From a virus (taxonomy: Duplodnaviria; Caudoviricetes), in IMG/VR virus record IMGVR_UViG_3300042923_001789, positions 1 through 41,871 of that record: a DNA stretch of 41,871 nt. The stretch is one strand, 5' to 3'. The notes under the pieces are model-generated. The model saw only the letters and a program-made list of their open reading frames with translations, did no database searches and was not told the DNA's origin. Below, piece by piece: positions 1-7,409 of the stretch. The translations under genes were made by a program, and so were the position numbers. How positions within the stretch are numbered: position 1 is the first letter of the stretch; each line of letters begins with the position of its first letter.

Positions 1-243
1 GATAAAGACCTCCATTATAAGAATGATTCACACAGTTTAAAATGTTCTTATTCCTTCACTGTGAAATCCTATGGTTACAGTATACTTACCATTGATGACT
101 ATCTCGTGACTCCAAAATGACAGTTTTGTCACTTTTGTTTTTTATATGTTTTCAAATGTTGTTAAGTGTATTTAGTTGTTGCATTTTATTAGCTTATACT
201 AATTCTTTATAAATCATTGGTCAACATTTAAAATTATATTTCA

Positions 244-272
244 ACAGTCATAAGACAGTCAAAAAACAGTCA
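244..272 (+). repeat. Three ACAGTCA direct repeats, 11-bp period; probable integrase arm-type sites
   Basis: ACAGTCA at 244, 255, 266; the same motif and period recur at 41823 and 41834 in the integrase 3' end. Confidence 0.7.
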
Positions 273-275
273 TGA

Positions 276-317
276 CTAAAATATACCCCGAGTTTTTAAG
301 CTCGGGGTATATTTTAG
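276..317. terminator. Intrinsic terminator-like hairpin
   Basis: Perfect 17-bp inverted repeat CTAAAATATACCCCGAG / CTCGGGGTATATTTTAG at the stop of ORF 314..526. Confidence 0.85.
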
Positions 318-526
318 ATTGATATCCAATCAGACATTGCTGTCTTATAACTGATCTTTGCAATTAATGGTTGCAGTTTCATCGTGAGTTCATAGAAACT
401 TTCTAAATCTTGATTATTATAAGCAATTGTCATCTCGTCTTGAATTTTCATGTACTGAACATTCTTGTTTAATTCGTCATCACATCTTCTTGCTATAAAT
501 TCCTCACATTCGTTCCCCAAACACAA
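314..526 (-). CDS. Small acidic hypothetical protein, probably SOS-regulated (antirepressor candidate)
   Basis: 70 aa, TTG start with AAAGGGAGG RBS, own promoter with LexA-like box and terminator. Confidence 0.75.
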   Translation of the reverse strand: MCLGNECEEFIARRCDDELNKNVQYMKIQDEMTIAYNNQDLESFYELTMKLQPLIAKISYKTAMSDWISI

Positions 527-579
527 TGCGCCTCCCTTTGGTAGTTTATTCTCCGTGGTTTTAAAGTGGTATTAGAGCC

Positions 580-608
580 ATTATATCAGAACATGTGTTT
601 GTATTCAA
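580..608 (-). promoter_or_regulatory. SigA promoter with LexA (Cheo) box in the spacer
   Basis: Minus strand TTGAAT-N17-TATAAT; spacer contains CAAACACATGTTCT (588-601), one mismatch from GAAC-N4-GTTC. Confidence 0.8.
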
Positions 609-689
609 TAACATTATAACATTGTTATACATTTCACATATTCGTATATACATATTTTATTCCTATGTACATAAAACTGTCAAGCAATG

Positions 690-718
690 TTGTCTATTCT
701 ACATATTTATGCTATTAT
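690..718 (+). promoter_or_regulatory. Putative SigA promoter for XRE gene
   Basis: TTGTCT-N17-TATTAT with TG extension. Confidence 0.5.
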
Positions 719-734
719 TTGGCAGGGTGATAAT

Positions 735-1022
735 ATGGAATATAATGGTGAAACCATTGGTTATAAAGCAAGAATGGCCAGGATAAATAAAAATATAAAA
801 CAAAGTGAAATAGCCGATCACTTGGGTATGCACCAAACAACATATTCCAGGTTCGAAAACGGCACACATGATATCGATTTATTCAAAGCAATAAAATTAT
901 GTAACTACTTTGATATAAAATTGTCATGGTTAGTTGACGAAGAGGAAAACGATTTTACCTTATCAGAACAAGCCGATATTGAACGTTATAAACGGTACAT
1001 TAGATCTATTCGTAAAAACTAA
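735..1022 (+). CDS. XRE-family HTH transcriptional regulator
   Basis: IKQSEIADHLGMHQTTYSRFENG HTH_3 pattern; start moved to ATG 735 after AGGGTGA RBS. Confidence 0.9.
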   Translation: MEYNGETIGYKARMARINKNIKQSEIADHLGMHQTTYSRFENGTHDIDLFKAIKLCNYFDIKLSWLVDEEENDFTLSEQADIERYKRYIRSIRKN

Positions 1023-1227
1023 AACAATTTCGGGGTAGTAGGTAATATATACTATAACATAATAGATTGTCATTCTATGTCCGAGTGGTTTAAAATATAT
1101 TTTATTTTCAATCTGCATTGTCATGAATTTATAATAATATATATAAGCCTCTAATGTCTAATTTTAAAATCTCTATATAACTATTTCGAGATTTAATGTA
1201 TATTTATTTAATAAAGCTTACCAGTAT

Positions 1228-1258
1228 ACCTCCGCCTTAATTGGTGGGGGTTATTTTT
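1228..1258 (+). terminator. Intrinsic terminator upstream of the par operon
   Basis: ACCTCCGCC-TTAATT-GGTGGGGGT followed by TATTTTT. Confidence 0.65.
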
Positions 1259-1264
1259 ATATAT

Positions 1265-1358
1265 AGAAACTATATAAATATATTTAAAAATATTAAATTC
1301 TATGGTATCAATTTCATTTTGTGTTCATAGAATATATTAGAAAATATAAAAAACTATA
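1265..1358 (+). repeat. Candidate parC centromere: 4+3 degenerate 10-bp direct repeats around a promoter-like gap
   Basis: AGAAACTATA/TAAATATATT/TAAAAATATT/AAATTCTATG (1265-1304) and AGAATATATT/AGAAAATATA/AAAAACTATA (1329-1358); AT-rich so specificity is limited. Confidence 0.5.
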
Positions 1359-1373
1359 AGGAGCTAATAGAAA

Positions 1374-2273
1374 ATGATATTAGGAGTGGATGTTGGATAC
1401 GACAATACTAAAGATAGTCAACGTCATATCTTCAAAACAGCCTATACTAGAAAAGATCCTCTTGTTTCTGACTCAAATAAGATTACGATTGATGGAATTG
1501 ATCACTGGTTTGGTATCGGCAACCCAAATACTGATATAGACAAAATAGAACATCCTATTAACGAGATATGTTTCTTGTCGTGTATTGCAATGTGTGGAAC
1601 AAATGAATATAGCATAATCACCGGATTACCTATTATTCAATGCAAAGAGAAGAAAGAAAAGTTTAGAGATACTATTATGAGTTATAACGGACGTGAAATT
1701 ATTTATAAAGGAAGGCAAATTAATTACAGAATAAAACAAGTGGAAATATGTCCTCAGGGTGCTATCGTTGCTTGCTCTACAAATGGCTCTACGGAAGATA
1801 GAAACCTAATCGATATAGGCAGCTATACAATCAATGTTGCTTCACTTAAATATGTAAATGGAACACCAAGGATTGTTAAAACCGATACTTGGTACAGTGG
1901 GATATTAACGCTATACAAAAATGTTATTGATGAAGTCAATAGAAGATTTGACACTACTTTAGAACATAGAGATGCAGAGAAGATTTTAAGCAAAGGCTTA
2001 TGTGTTGATGGGGAAAAGCAAGATATAGAATTTTTAAAGCCTATTATCAGAGAGTATTTAGAACCAATATTATCTCAGTATAAAGCAAATTATGATTACA
2101 GAACCGTTCCCACTTTGTTATTTGGCGGTGGTGCCAATTTGCTATATAATGCTTTTGTTAAATCAATTAAAGGAACGCTACTTCTTCCGGATCCACAATT
2201 TGCAAATGCAAACAGCTATTTTCAATATGGTGTACAAAAGTTTGATAAATACATTGTACAAAATTCAAGGTAA
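1374..2273 (+). CDS. parM: ParM/StbA-family actin-like ATPase
   Basis: GVDVGYDNTK (phosphate 1), PQG, IDIGSYT (phosphate 2), FGGGA (adenosine), PQFANA. Confidence 0.9.
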   Translation: MILGVDVGYDNTKDSQRHIFKTAYTRKDPLVSDSNKITIDGIDHWFGIGNPNTDIDKIEHPINEICFLSCIAMCGTNEYSIITGLPIIQCKEKKEKFRDTIMSYNGREIIYKGRQINYRIKQVEICPQGAIVACSTNGSTEDRNLIDIGSYTINVASLKYVNGTPRIVKTDTWYSGILTLYKNVIDEVNRRFDTTLEHRDAEKILSKGLCVDGEKQDIEFLKPIIREYLEPILSQYKANYDYRTVPTLLFGGGANLLYNAFVKSIKGTLLLPDPQFANANSYFQYGVQKFDKYIVQNSR

Positions 2274-2285
2274 GGAGGTGAGTAT

Positions 2286-2492
2286 TTGAGTAAGTTAGTG
2301 CCGGTCTATTTTGGTGATGAGGCAGACGATCAAGAATTACTAAAGAAAGTTAACAGACACTGTAAGCACATATCGAAGAGTGGTTTTTTCAAACAATTAG
2401 CAGCTGATTATTTCGAAAGAGAAGAAAACAAAAGCACAAATGGATTAAATCAGAATGTAACCAATGTACCGCCAGATTTATTCGACTTATAA
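2286..2492 (+). CDS. ParR-like small DNA-binding adaptor (ribbon-helix-helix-like)
   Basis: 68 aa directly after parM, AAGGAGGTG RBS; strand (LVPVYF) then two helices and a low-complexity tail ending in hydrophobic/acidic residues. Confidence 0.65.
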   Translation: MSKLVPVYFGDEADDQELLKKVNRHCKHISKSGFFKQLAADYFEREENKSTNGLNQNVTNVPPDLFDL

Positions 2493-2602
2493 AAATAACC
2501 CCGCGCCACTTTACCAGAGGGGAACACGGAGTTATTAATCGGTTACTCGTAAAAATAACCATTTCTATATTATCATATAGAATTTTCGAAAGGAAGTGTT
2601 TT

Positions 2603-3907
2603 ATGAAAAAAGATTTCCAGAAAACTGTATTAGATACCAGTACAGGGTTAGTTCTTACTGGTGGAATGATATCTCTTTTATATAAGGCTTCTGCACCTAT
2701 TATTAACTTACTTGATAGATTATCTCCTGGATCACTTAATATACAATCAGATATAAATAATGTAGCTGTGTCGTTTGCTCTTGCGGGAGCTGCAGGACTG
2801 TATTATTTCTGGACCACAAAGAGTAAATTTGATTTGGTTTTTCGTGAATTAGGATTAGGAACAGATACCAGATACCCAATCATGAAAAGCAAGAAAAAAT
2901 ATAGCCATTCTATTACCTATAAATTTACTCTTCCACCCGGTTTAACCACCGATGATTTTATTAAAAAGCAAATAGCCATAGAACAACATATAGGAAAGAA
3001 AATTAACATTGAATACATCAATAAAGGCCTGTTTATTATCGAGGAATATACCATGAATGCTATTCCGTTTTATGATTATGAACCTATTGAATTAAAAGGA
3101 AATGTGCCAATTGTTACTGGGAAAGATCGAAAAGGTAATTATATTTGTTTTGATCTTGCTGAAGGAACAGAGCCACATTTACTATTAGCAGGTTCTACCG
3201 GTTGTGGCAAAACTACTGCCATACACTCAATTATCACAAACATAATTTTATTTACTAATGTTAATCTTCATTTGATTGATTTAAAACACGGAGCCAGTTT
3301 CAATGTCTATAAGAAATCGTCTCATGTAAAATCATTTGCTGACACTCTAGAAAAGGCAGAAAAGGTATTGAAATCTATTAACGAAGAAATAGAGACTAGA
3401 TACCAAAAAATGGCTAGAAACGGGTTTAGCGACATTCAAAGCTATAACAAACGTCATAAAAGCAATCCAATGACTTATGAATTATTAGTATTAGATGAAA
3501 TGATTGATTTAACCCATAGAAACGATTTACTAGAGCAATTAGAGATTATATCAGCCAAGGCAAGAGGATGCGGTATTCATGCCATTTACAGCACTCAGAG
3601 ACCAGATAAAGATGTATTAAACGGTAGAATAAAATCTAATGTCACAAATGTACTAGGAATGAGAACAAAGGACTCGATCAATTCAAGAATTATTATCGAT
3701 ACGGATGGTTTAGAAAAATTAAATGGCAAAGGCCACGGATTATTTAGTAGACTCGGAGATATCACAGAAATTCAAACACCCTATATTGATACTGCCAAAG
3801 TTAAAACATTAATCAGTCATACTTATATATCCAAGATAGAGCCAAAGGCTATTCCATCTGAAAAGATCGATATTGATGTAACTGATTTGGAGGTGCTGCA
3901 AAAATGA
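2603..3907 (+). CDS. FtsK/SpoIIIE-family ATPase with N-terminal membrane anchor (coupling-protein-like)
   Basis: HLLLAGSTGCGKT Walker A, IDLK, LLVLDE Walker B, ARGCGIH, TQRP; two N-terminal hydrophobic segments; no room for a gamma domain. Confidence 0.92.
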   Translation: MKKDFQKTVLDTSTGLVLTGGMISLLYKASAPIINLLDRLSPGSLNIQSDINNVAVSFALAGAAGLYYFWTTKSKFDLVFRELGLGTDTRYPIMKSKKKYSHSITYKFTLPPGLTTDDFIKKQIAIEQHIGKKINIEYINKGLFIIEEYTMNAIPFYDYEPIELKGNVPIVTGKDRKGNYICFDLAEGTEPHLLLAGSTGCGKTTAIHSIITNIILFTNVNLHLIDLKHGASFNVYKKSSHVKSFADTLEKAEKVLKSINEEIETRYQKMARNGFSDIQSYNKRHKSNPMTYELLVLDEMIDLTHRNDLLEQLEIISAKARGCGIHAIYSTQRPDKDVLNGRIKSNVTNVLGMRTKDSINSRIIIDTDGLEKLNGKGHGLFSRLGDITEIQTPYIDTAKVKTLISHTYISKIEPKAIPSEKIDIDVTDLEVLQK

Positions 3908-4452
3908 TGTTTACCCATCGTGATATTGAAATAATAAACTTTCTTGAAGAATACCGGATTGCTTCAACAACTACTTTAAAAGAATTTTTCTTCCCTAGTA
4001 TAAGATCATGCCAGGCAAGGCTAAAAGCATTATATGAAAATAAAAAGCTTCAACGTGCCAGACTCACTATGAACCATGATTATATTTACTACATCAAAAA
4101 ACCATATGGAGTTATGCATGATTTGTTATGCACGGAGTTTTATCGCGAATTAAAGCGTCATACTAACGTTTTGGCTTATGTAAAAGAAAAACCTTTAGGC
4201 AAAATACGTCCAGATGCTGTATTTGGCTATAAAGAGAATGATAGACAATTTCTAGGATTATTAGAAGTTGAGCTTTCTCATAAAGGATTTGATTTTGATA
4301 AATATGAAACATTTTTTAAAACGGCAGCGTACAAAGAATTTTTTCCTATAATGCCAACGATTTATATTGTTGCAAAAAATGTAAAAATTCCCAAGGGTAG
4401 TCTAATTAAATATGTAACCATTAAACCTGATATGAGTGATTTTAGATTATAG
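3904..4452 (+). CDS. Replication-relaxation (Replic_Relax / MOBC-like) protein
   Basis: N-terminal wHTH-like (THRDIEIINFL...RLKALYE), HDL, RPDA...LEVELSHK...KY PD-(D/E)xK-type motif; ATGA-coupled to ftsK. Confidence 0.8.
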   Translation: MMFTHRDIEIINFLEEYRIASTTTLKEFFFPSIRSCQARLKALYENKKLQRARLTMNHDYIYYIKKPYGVMHDLLCTEFYRELKRHTNVLAYVKEKPLGKIRPDAVFGYKENDRQFLGLLEVELSHKGFDFDKYETFFKTAAYKEFFPIMPTIYIVAKNVKIPKGSLIKYVTIKPDMSDFRL

Positions 4453-4462
4453 GAGGATAATT

Positions 4463-4969
4463 ATGATAATAGGAGCAATTGTTGTAATATTATTAAGTGC
4501 TGCAGTTATTTCCAGTGATATGGTATATGCTCATAACACAAACAATCCGCAACCGGAACCACAAAGGCAGTCAACTGTTCAAGAAGTTTATCAATCTAAT
4601 AAAGTAAAAATTTTTGACAGTCAATCCATTATGACTATAGATGCCGATGATTGGCTCGAAAAATATTCTAGTGATATATGGGATACAAAAACGCAAACTA
4701 AAATGAAAAATAATTGGAAGGGAAACTATATAAAGATTACAGGAACAATCAACAAAATTCATACTGACTTTATCGATGGAACTTATTTTTCCATTAAGCA
4801 ATCCCATGATGGAGATGTTACAAAAGGTTGGGTTACTATAGTATGCCATATATTTAATGATACTGATAAAGAAAAAATATTTGAATATAAATCAGGAGAC
4901 GAAATAACCGTAATAGGTTATTCAAAATGGATCACTGGACCAGAATTAATTGACTGCTATATTCGTTAA
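4463..4969 (+). CDS. Membrane-anchored OB-fold protein (tRNA_anti-like family)
   Basis: N-terminal hydrophobic helix; WKGNYIKITGTI...VC...GDEITVIG...LIDC pattern; AGGAGG RBS before ATG 4463. Confidence 0.7.
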   Translation: MIIGAIVVILLSAAVISSDMVYAHNTNNPQPEPQRQSTVQEVYQSNKVKIFDSQSIMTIDADDWLEKYSSDIWDTKTQTKMKNNWKGNYIKITGTINKIHTDFIDGTYFSIKQSHDGDVTKGWVTIVCHIFNDTDKEKIFEYKSGDEITVIGYSKWITGPELIDCYIR

Positions 4970-4996
4970 CTCATTCGTTTACTATTTCGTTATCTA
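4961..4996 (+). repeat. Three 12-bp direct repeats
   Basis: ATTCGTTAACTC / ATTCGTTTACTA / TTTCGTTATCTA; TTCGTT at 4962, 4974, 4986. Confidence 0.7.
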
Positions 4997-5188
4997 TACA
5001 TACCGATAGATTGTCTATAAGCACTAAAGCTTTATAATACTTATAAAATTTAATTTACTAGGAAAAGATATATATTTTTTGTTGTTGGAGGGAGAGAAGG
5101 AAGAGATAAAAAATAAAAAAATGGTTAAAATTGTATTTACACTAAAATAAGGTTATGTTAGGATTAAACAAAAAGAGAGGTTGTTTAT

Positions 5189-5599
5189 ATGGATAATAAA
5201 AAACGTAATAAACTTATCATTGCAATTTCTATTTTAATTTGTTTACCAATTCTAATAGTTGCATTGTCGGTTATATATACCAGTATAACGCGTCCAAAAG
5301 CTGATTATGACGGCTTTAGAGCTGCAATGACTTCGTACTTAGATCAAAATTCAGATGTTGTCCAGGTAAATATAATTGAGAATGATATGTTTAAAGTAAC
5401 CGTTAGTAATGAATGGTATAATTCATCAAATGTCGATAAACTTAAGTTTTGTCAAAATGTTCACGGTGCTATTTATTCATACGCTAGTCGATACAAATTA
5501 ATTTATAAGAAATCAGATATTGTATTTTTAAATTTTTATGATGCTTCAAATATAAAAGTAGCAGAACAAGATAAGTTTGAATTTAAAATATTACAATAA
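5189..5599 (+). CDS. Single-pass membrane hypothetical protein (moron)
   Basis: Basic N-terminus plus long hydrophobic helix; AGAGG RBS; TTTACA-N17-TAGGAT promoter candidate at 5136-5164. Confidence 0.8.
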   Translation: MDNKKRNKLIIAISILICLPILIVALSVIYTSITRPKADYDGFRAAMTSYLDQNSDVVQVNIIENDMFKVTVSNEWYNSSNVDKLKFCQNVHGAIYSYASRYKLIYKKSDIVFLNFYDASNIKVAEQDKFEFKILQ

Positions 5600-5638
5600 A
5601 AAATGCCCCTCAATGCCATACGCAAAGAGGGGTTGTCT

Positions 5639-6256
5639 TTATTTAAAATACTTTTCTATTCCGTTTGCGATTTCTACTGCTGTTTCTAACCAGAACTTAG
5701 GGTTAACCATTAATTCTGCTTCTCTTTCGTTCGTCATAAAAGCTGCCTCAATAAGGATAGAAGCTTTTGTTCCCATGGTCCTACAATTACATAATGCTAG
5801 TGCTTGTCTAACTATACCTCGGTTCTTTTGTTTCGTTCCCTTTGTGAGCTCGTTTAAGACGCATTTAGCCAACTTCTCGGATTGATTAGCGTATTTATCA
5901 TGAATATGTACAGACACACCCTCAGCTGAATTAAACGTGTTTCCATCACCATAAGCATTGAAGTGAATAGATACCGATACATCACACTTAGCTGCTTTTA
6001 TTTTCTTTTGTCTACTTGATAGACTTTCGTCTGGATCATCTTTAGCGTTCGCATCGTTCCAACCGGTTCTTATTACATCATAACCACGTAAAGCAAGTTC
6101 GGTATATAAAATCTTTGCTATTTCTGTATTGGCATAATGCTCTCGGTATTGTTCGCCTTTTTTAACACCGAATAACTTCCTAAGGAATGGCGGTGTTCTT
6201 TTGCCGGCCGTGTTGCTGCCATGGCCTGAGTCTATTGCTATCTTGTATTTTCCCAT
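5639..6256 (-). CDS. Endolysin, N-acetylmuramoyl-L-alanine amidase (Amidase_3)
   Basis: IAIDSGHG, REH, SIHFNA, ILIEAAFMTN zinc-amidase motifs; start moved to MGKYK after GGAGG. Confidence 0.92.
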   Translation of the reverse strand: MGKYKIAIDSGHGSNTAGKRTPPFLRKLFGVKKGEQYREHYANTEIAKILYTELALRGYDVIRTGWNDANAKDDPDESLSSRQKKIKAAKCDVSVSIHFNAYGDGNTFNSAEGVSVHIHDKYANQSEKLAKCVLNELTKGTKQKNRGIVRQALALCNCRTMGTKASILIEAAFMTNEREAELMVNPKFWLETAVEIANGIEKYFK

Positions 6257-6258
6257 AC

Positions 6259-6450
6259 TCAGCCCTCCAATTCCGGTAATCCTGCAATCGATGTTAACAT
6301 AGATAGGAAACCTGCAAGTACGGATGCTGATGCAACCATTACCCAATTTACCTCATTAACAAATGCAGTTGTCCCAATTGTAGCAATTGCTGTCTGTGCT
6401 ACTGTTTTTAATGCTCTGATACCCGCTGCTTTTAACCACTTTTTATTCAT
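6259..6450 (-). CDS. Holin (r1t-like family)
   Basis: WLKAAGIRALKTVAQT signature, hydrophobic segments, upstream of the amidase. Confidence 0.88.
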   Translation of the reverse strand: MNKKWLKAAGIRALKTVAQTAIATIGTTAFVNEVNWVMVASASVLAGFLSMLTSIAGLPELEG

Positions 6451-6464
6451 AATCTCATCCTTTC

Positions 6465-6698
6465 TTATTGAAAAATCCCTTGTTGAACTGCATAAAAGAA
6501 AAATCCTATTAATGCCGTTACGAGAGTACCAATAAGAGCGTTTATGCTCTTTGTTTGCTTATCTAACTTCTCACACAGATTATCAATCTTTACATTTGTT
6601 ACAGCGTCGCTTTTTTCAAGTGCGTCAAGTCTGTCCCCGTGGTTGTCTAGTCTTTTGTCGTGTGTTTCCAATTGCTTAATTATCAATTGTTCATTCAT
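6465..6698 (-). CDS. XhlA-like hemolysin/lysis membrane protein
   Basis: Coiled-coil N-terminus (RLDNHGDRLDALEK) and C-terminal TM, in the lysis cassette. Confidence 0.85.
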   Translation of the reverse strand: MNEQLIIKQLETHDKRLDNHGDRLDALEKSDAVTNVKIDNLCEKLDKQTKSINALIGTLVTALIGFFFYAVQQGIFQ

Positions 6699-6729
6699 AG
6701 CATGGTATCCCTTCTTTCTTATAATTTAA

Positions 6730-6751
6730 AAGGCACCCCGAAGGATGCCTT
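6730..6751 (-). terminator. Terminator between tail and lysis genes
   Basis: Minus strand AAGGCATCC-TTCG-GGGTGCCTT then TT; C(UUCG)G tetraloop. Confidence 0.7.
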
Positions 6752-6790
6752 GAATTTAATATTTACTTCCGTTTTTTAACCGATTGTGAA

Positions 6791-6973
6791 TTATTCTACC
6801 TCTACGGCAACCTCTGTTACTACTTCACTTGTTGGATTTTGCGGTGTAGCAATTATCTTATCATATTCTGGTTGTGTAATTCTTCCTTTTGCCTTAGCTG
6901 CATCTAACTGCTCAATTGTCATTTGTCCACTGATCCATAGCGGTAAATAAATATTAACCCATACTTGTGACAT
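6791..6973 (-). CDS. XkdX-like small tail-associated protein
   Basis: KGRITQPEYDKI motif, position after the fibre genes. Confidence 0.7.
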   Translation of the reverse strand: MSQVWVNIYLPLWISGQMTIEQLDAAKAKGRITQPEYDKIIATPQNPTSEVVTEVAVEVE

Positions 6974-6983
6974 AATAATTCTC

Positions 6984-7400
6984 CTATTCGATAGATAACA
7001 TCATGATAGCATATAAGGCATCATTGACATTGGTTGCTAGTTCCTCTAGTTTCTCATCTGTAGTCTGCGTAGGTGTCACATTTCTGATAGCTTCAATCTC
7101 TTCTTGTGATAATCCTTCAATCCACTTTTCACCATCCCATTTCGGACGATAGAAGCCTTCTGGACATGGTTCAGATATGTAAAAAGGAGAAATAACCGGC
7201 TCTTGACCAATTACTTCTCCTTCTTCATCTATGATGTCTTGCATAACTACTTTTTCAATATCGATTGTATCAGTAGTACCATCTTCTTTTGTAATCGCTT
7301 CTTGAATTATCTCTGTAAGATATGGGTAATTAGAGATGTTGATTGGGAATTCTTCTCGTATGAACAATCCATTATCATCCACTATTTTAATTAGGCTCAT
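6984..7400 (-). CDS. Tail-fibre-associated/assembly protein
   Basis: PEGFYRPKWDGEKWIEG motif plus C-terminal coiled coil, follows the fibre gene. Confidence 0.6.
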   Translation of the reverse strand: MSLIKIVDDNGLFIREEFPINISNYPYLTEIIQEAITKEDGTTDTIDIEKVVMQDIIDEEGEVIGQEPVISPFYISEPCPEGFYRPKWDGEKWIEGLSQEEIEAIRNVTPTQTTDEKLEELATNVNDALYAIMMLSIE

Positions 7401-7409
7401 ATTTCCTCC

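Noticed and set aside
17-60. Sporulation-sigma promoter for a gene left of the window
   Set aside because: ACA-N17-CATTCTTA is only a loose match and the gene itself is outside the window.
595-786. 63-aa + strand ORF
   Set aside because: Covers promoter/operator DNA, has no RBS and overlaps the XRE gene out of frame.
1023-1227. Small ORF or sRNA between the XRE gene and its terminator
   Set aside because: Only very short ORFs without RBS in AT-rich sequence; nothing supportable.
1374-4452. Full conjugative element (ICE) or independent plasmid insertion
   Set aside because: No VirB4, mating-pair or separate Rep/recombinase genes, and no boundary repeats around the block.
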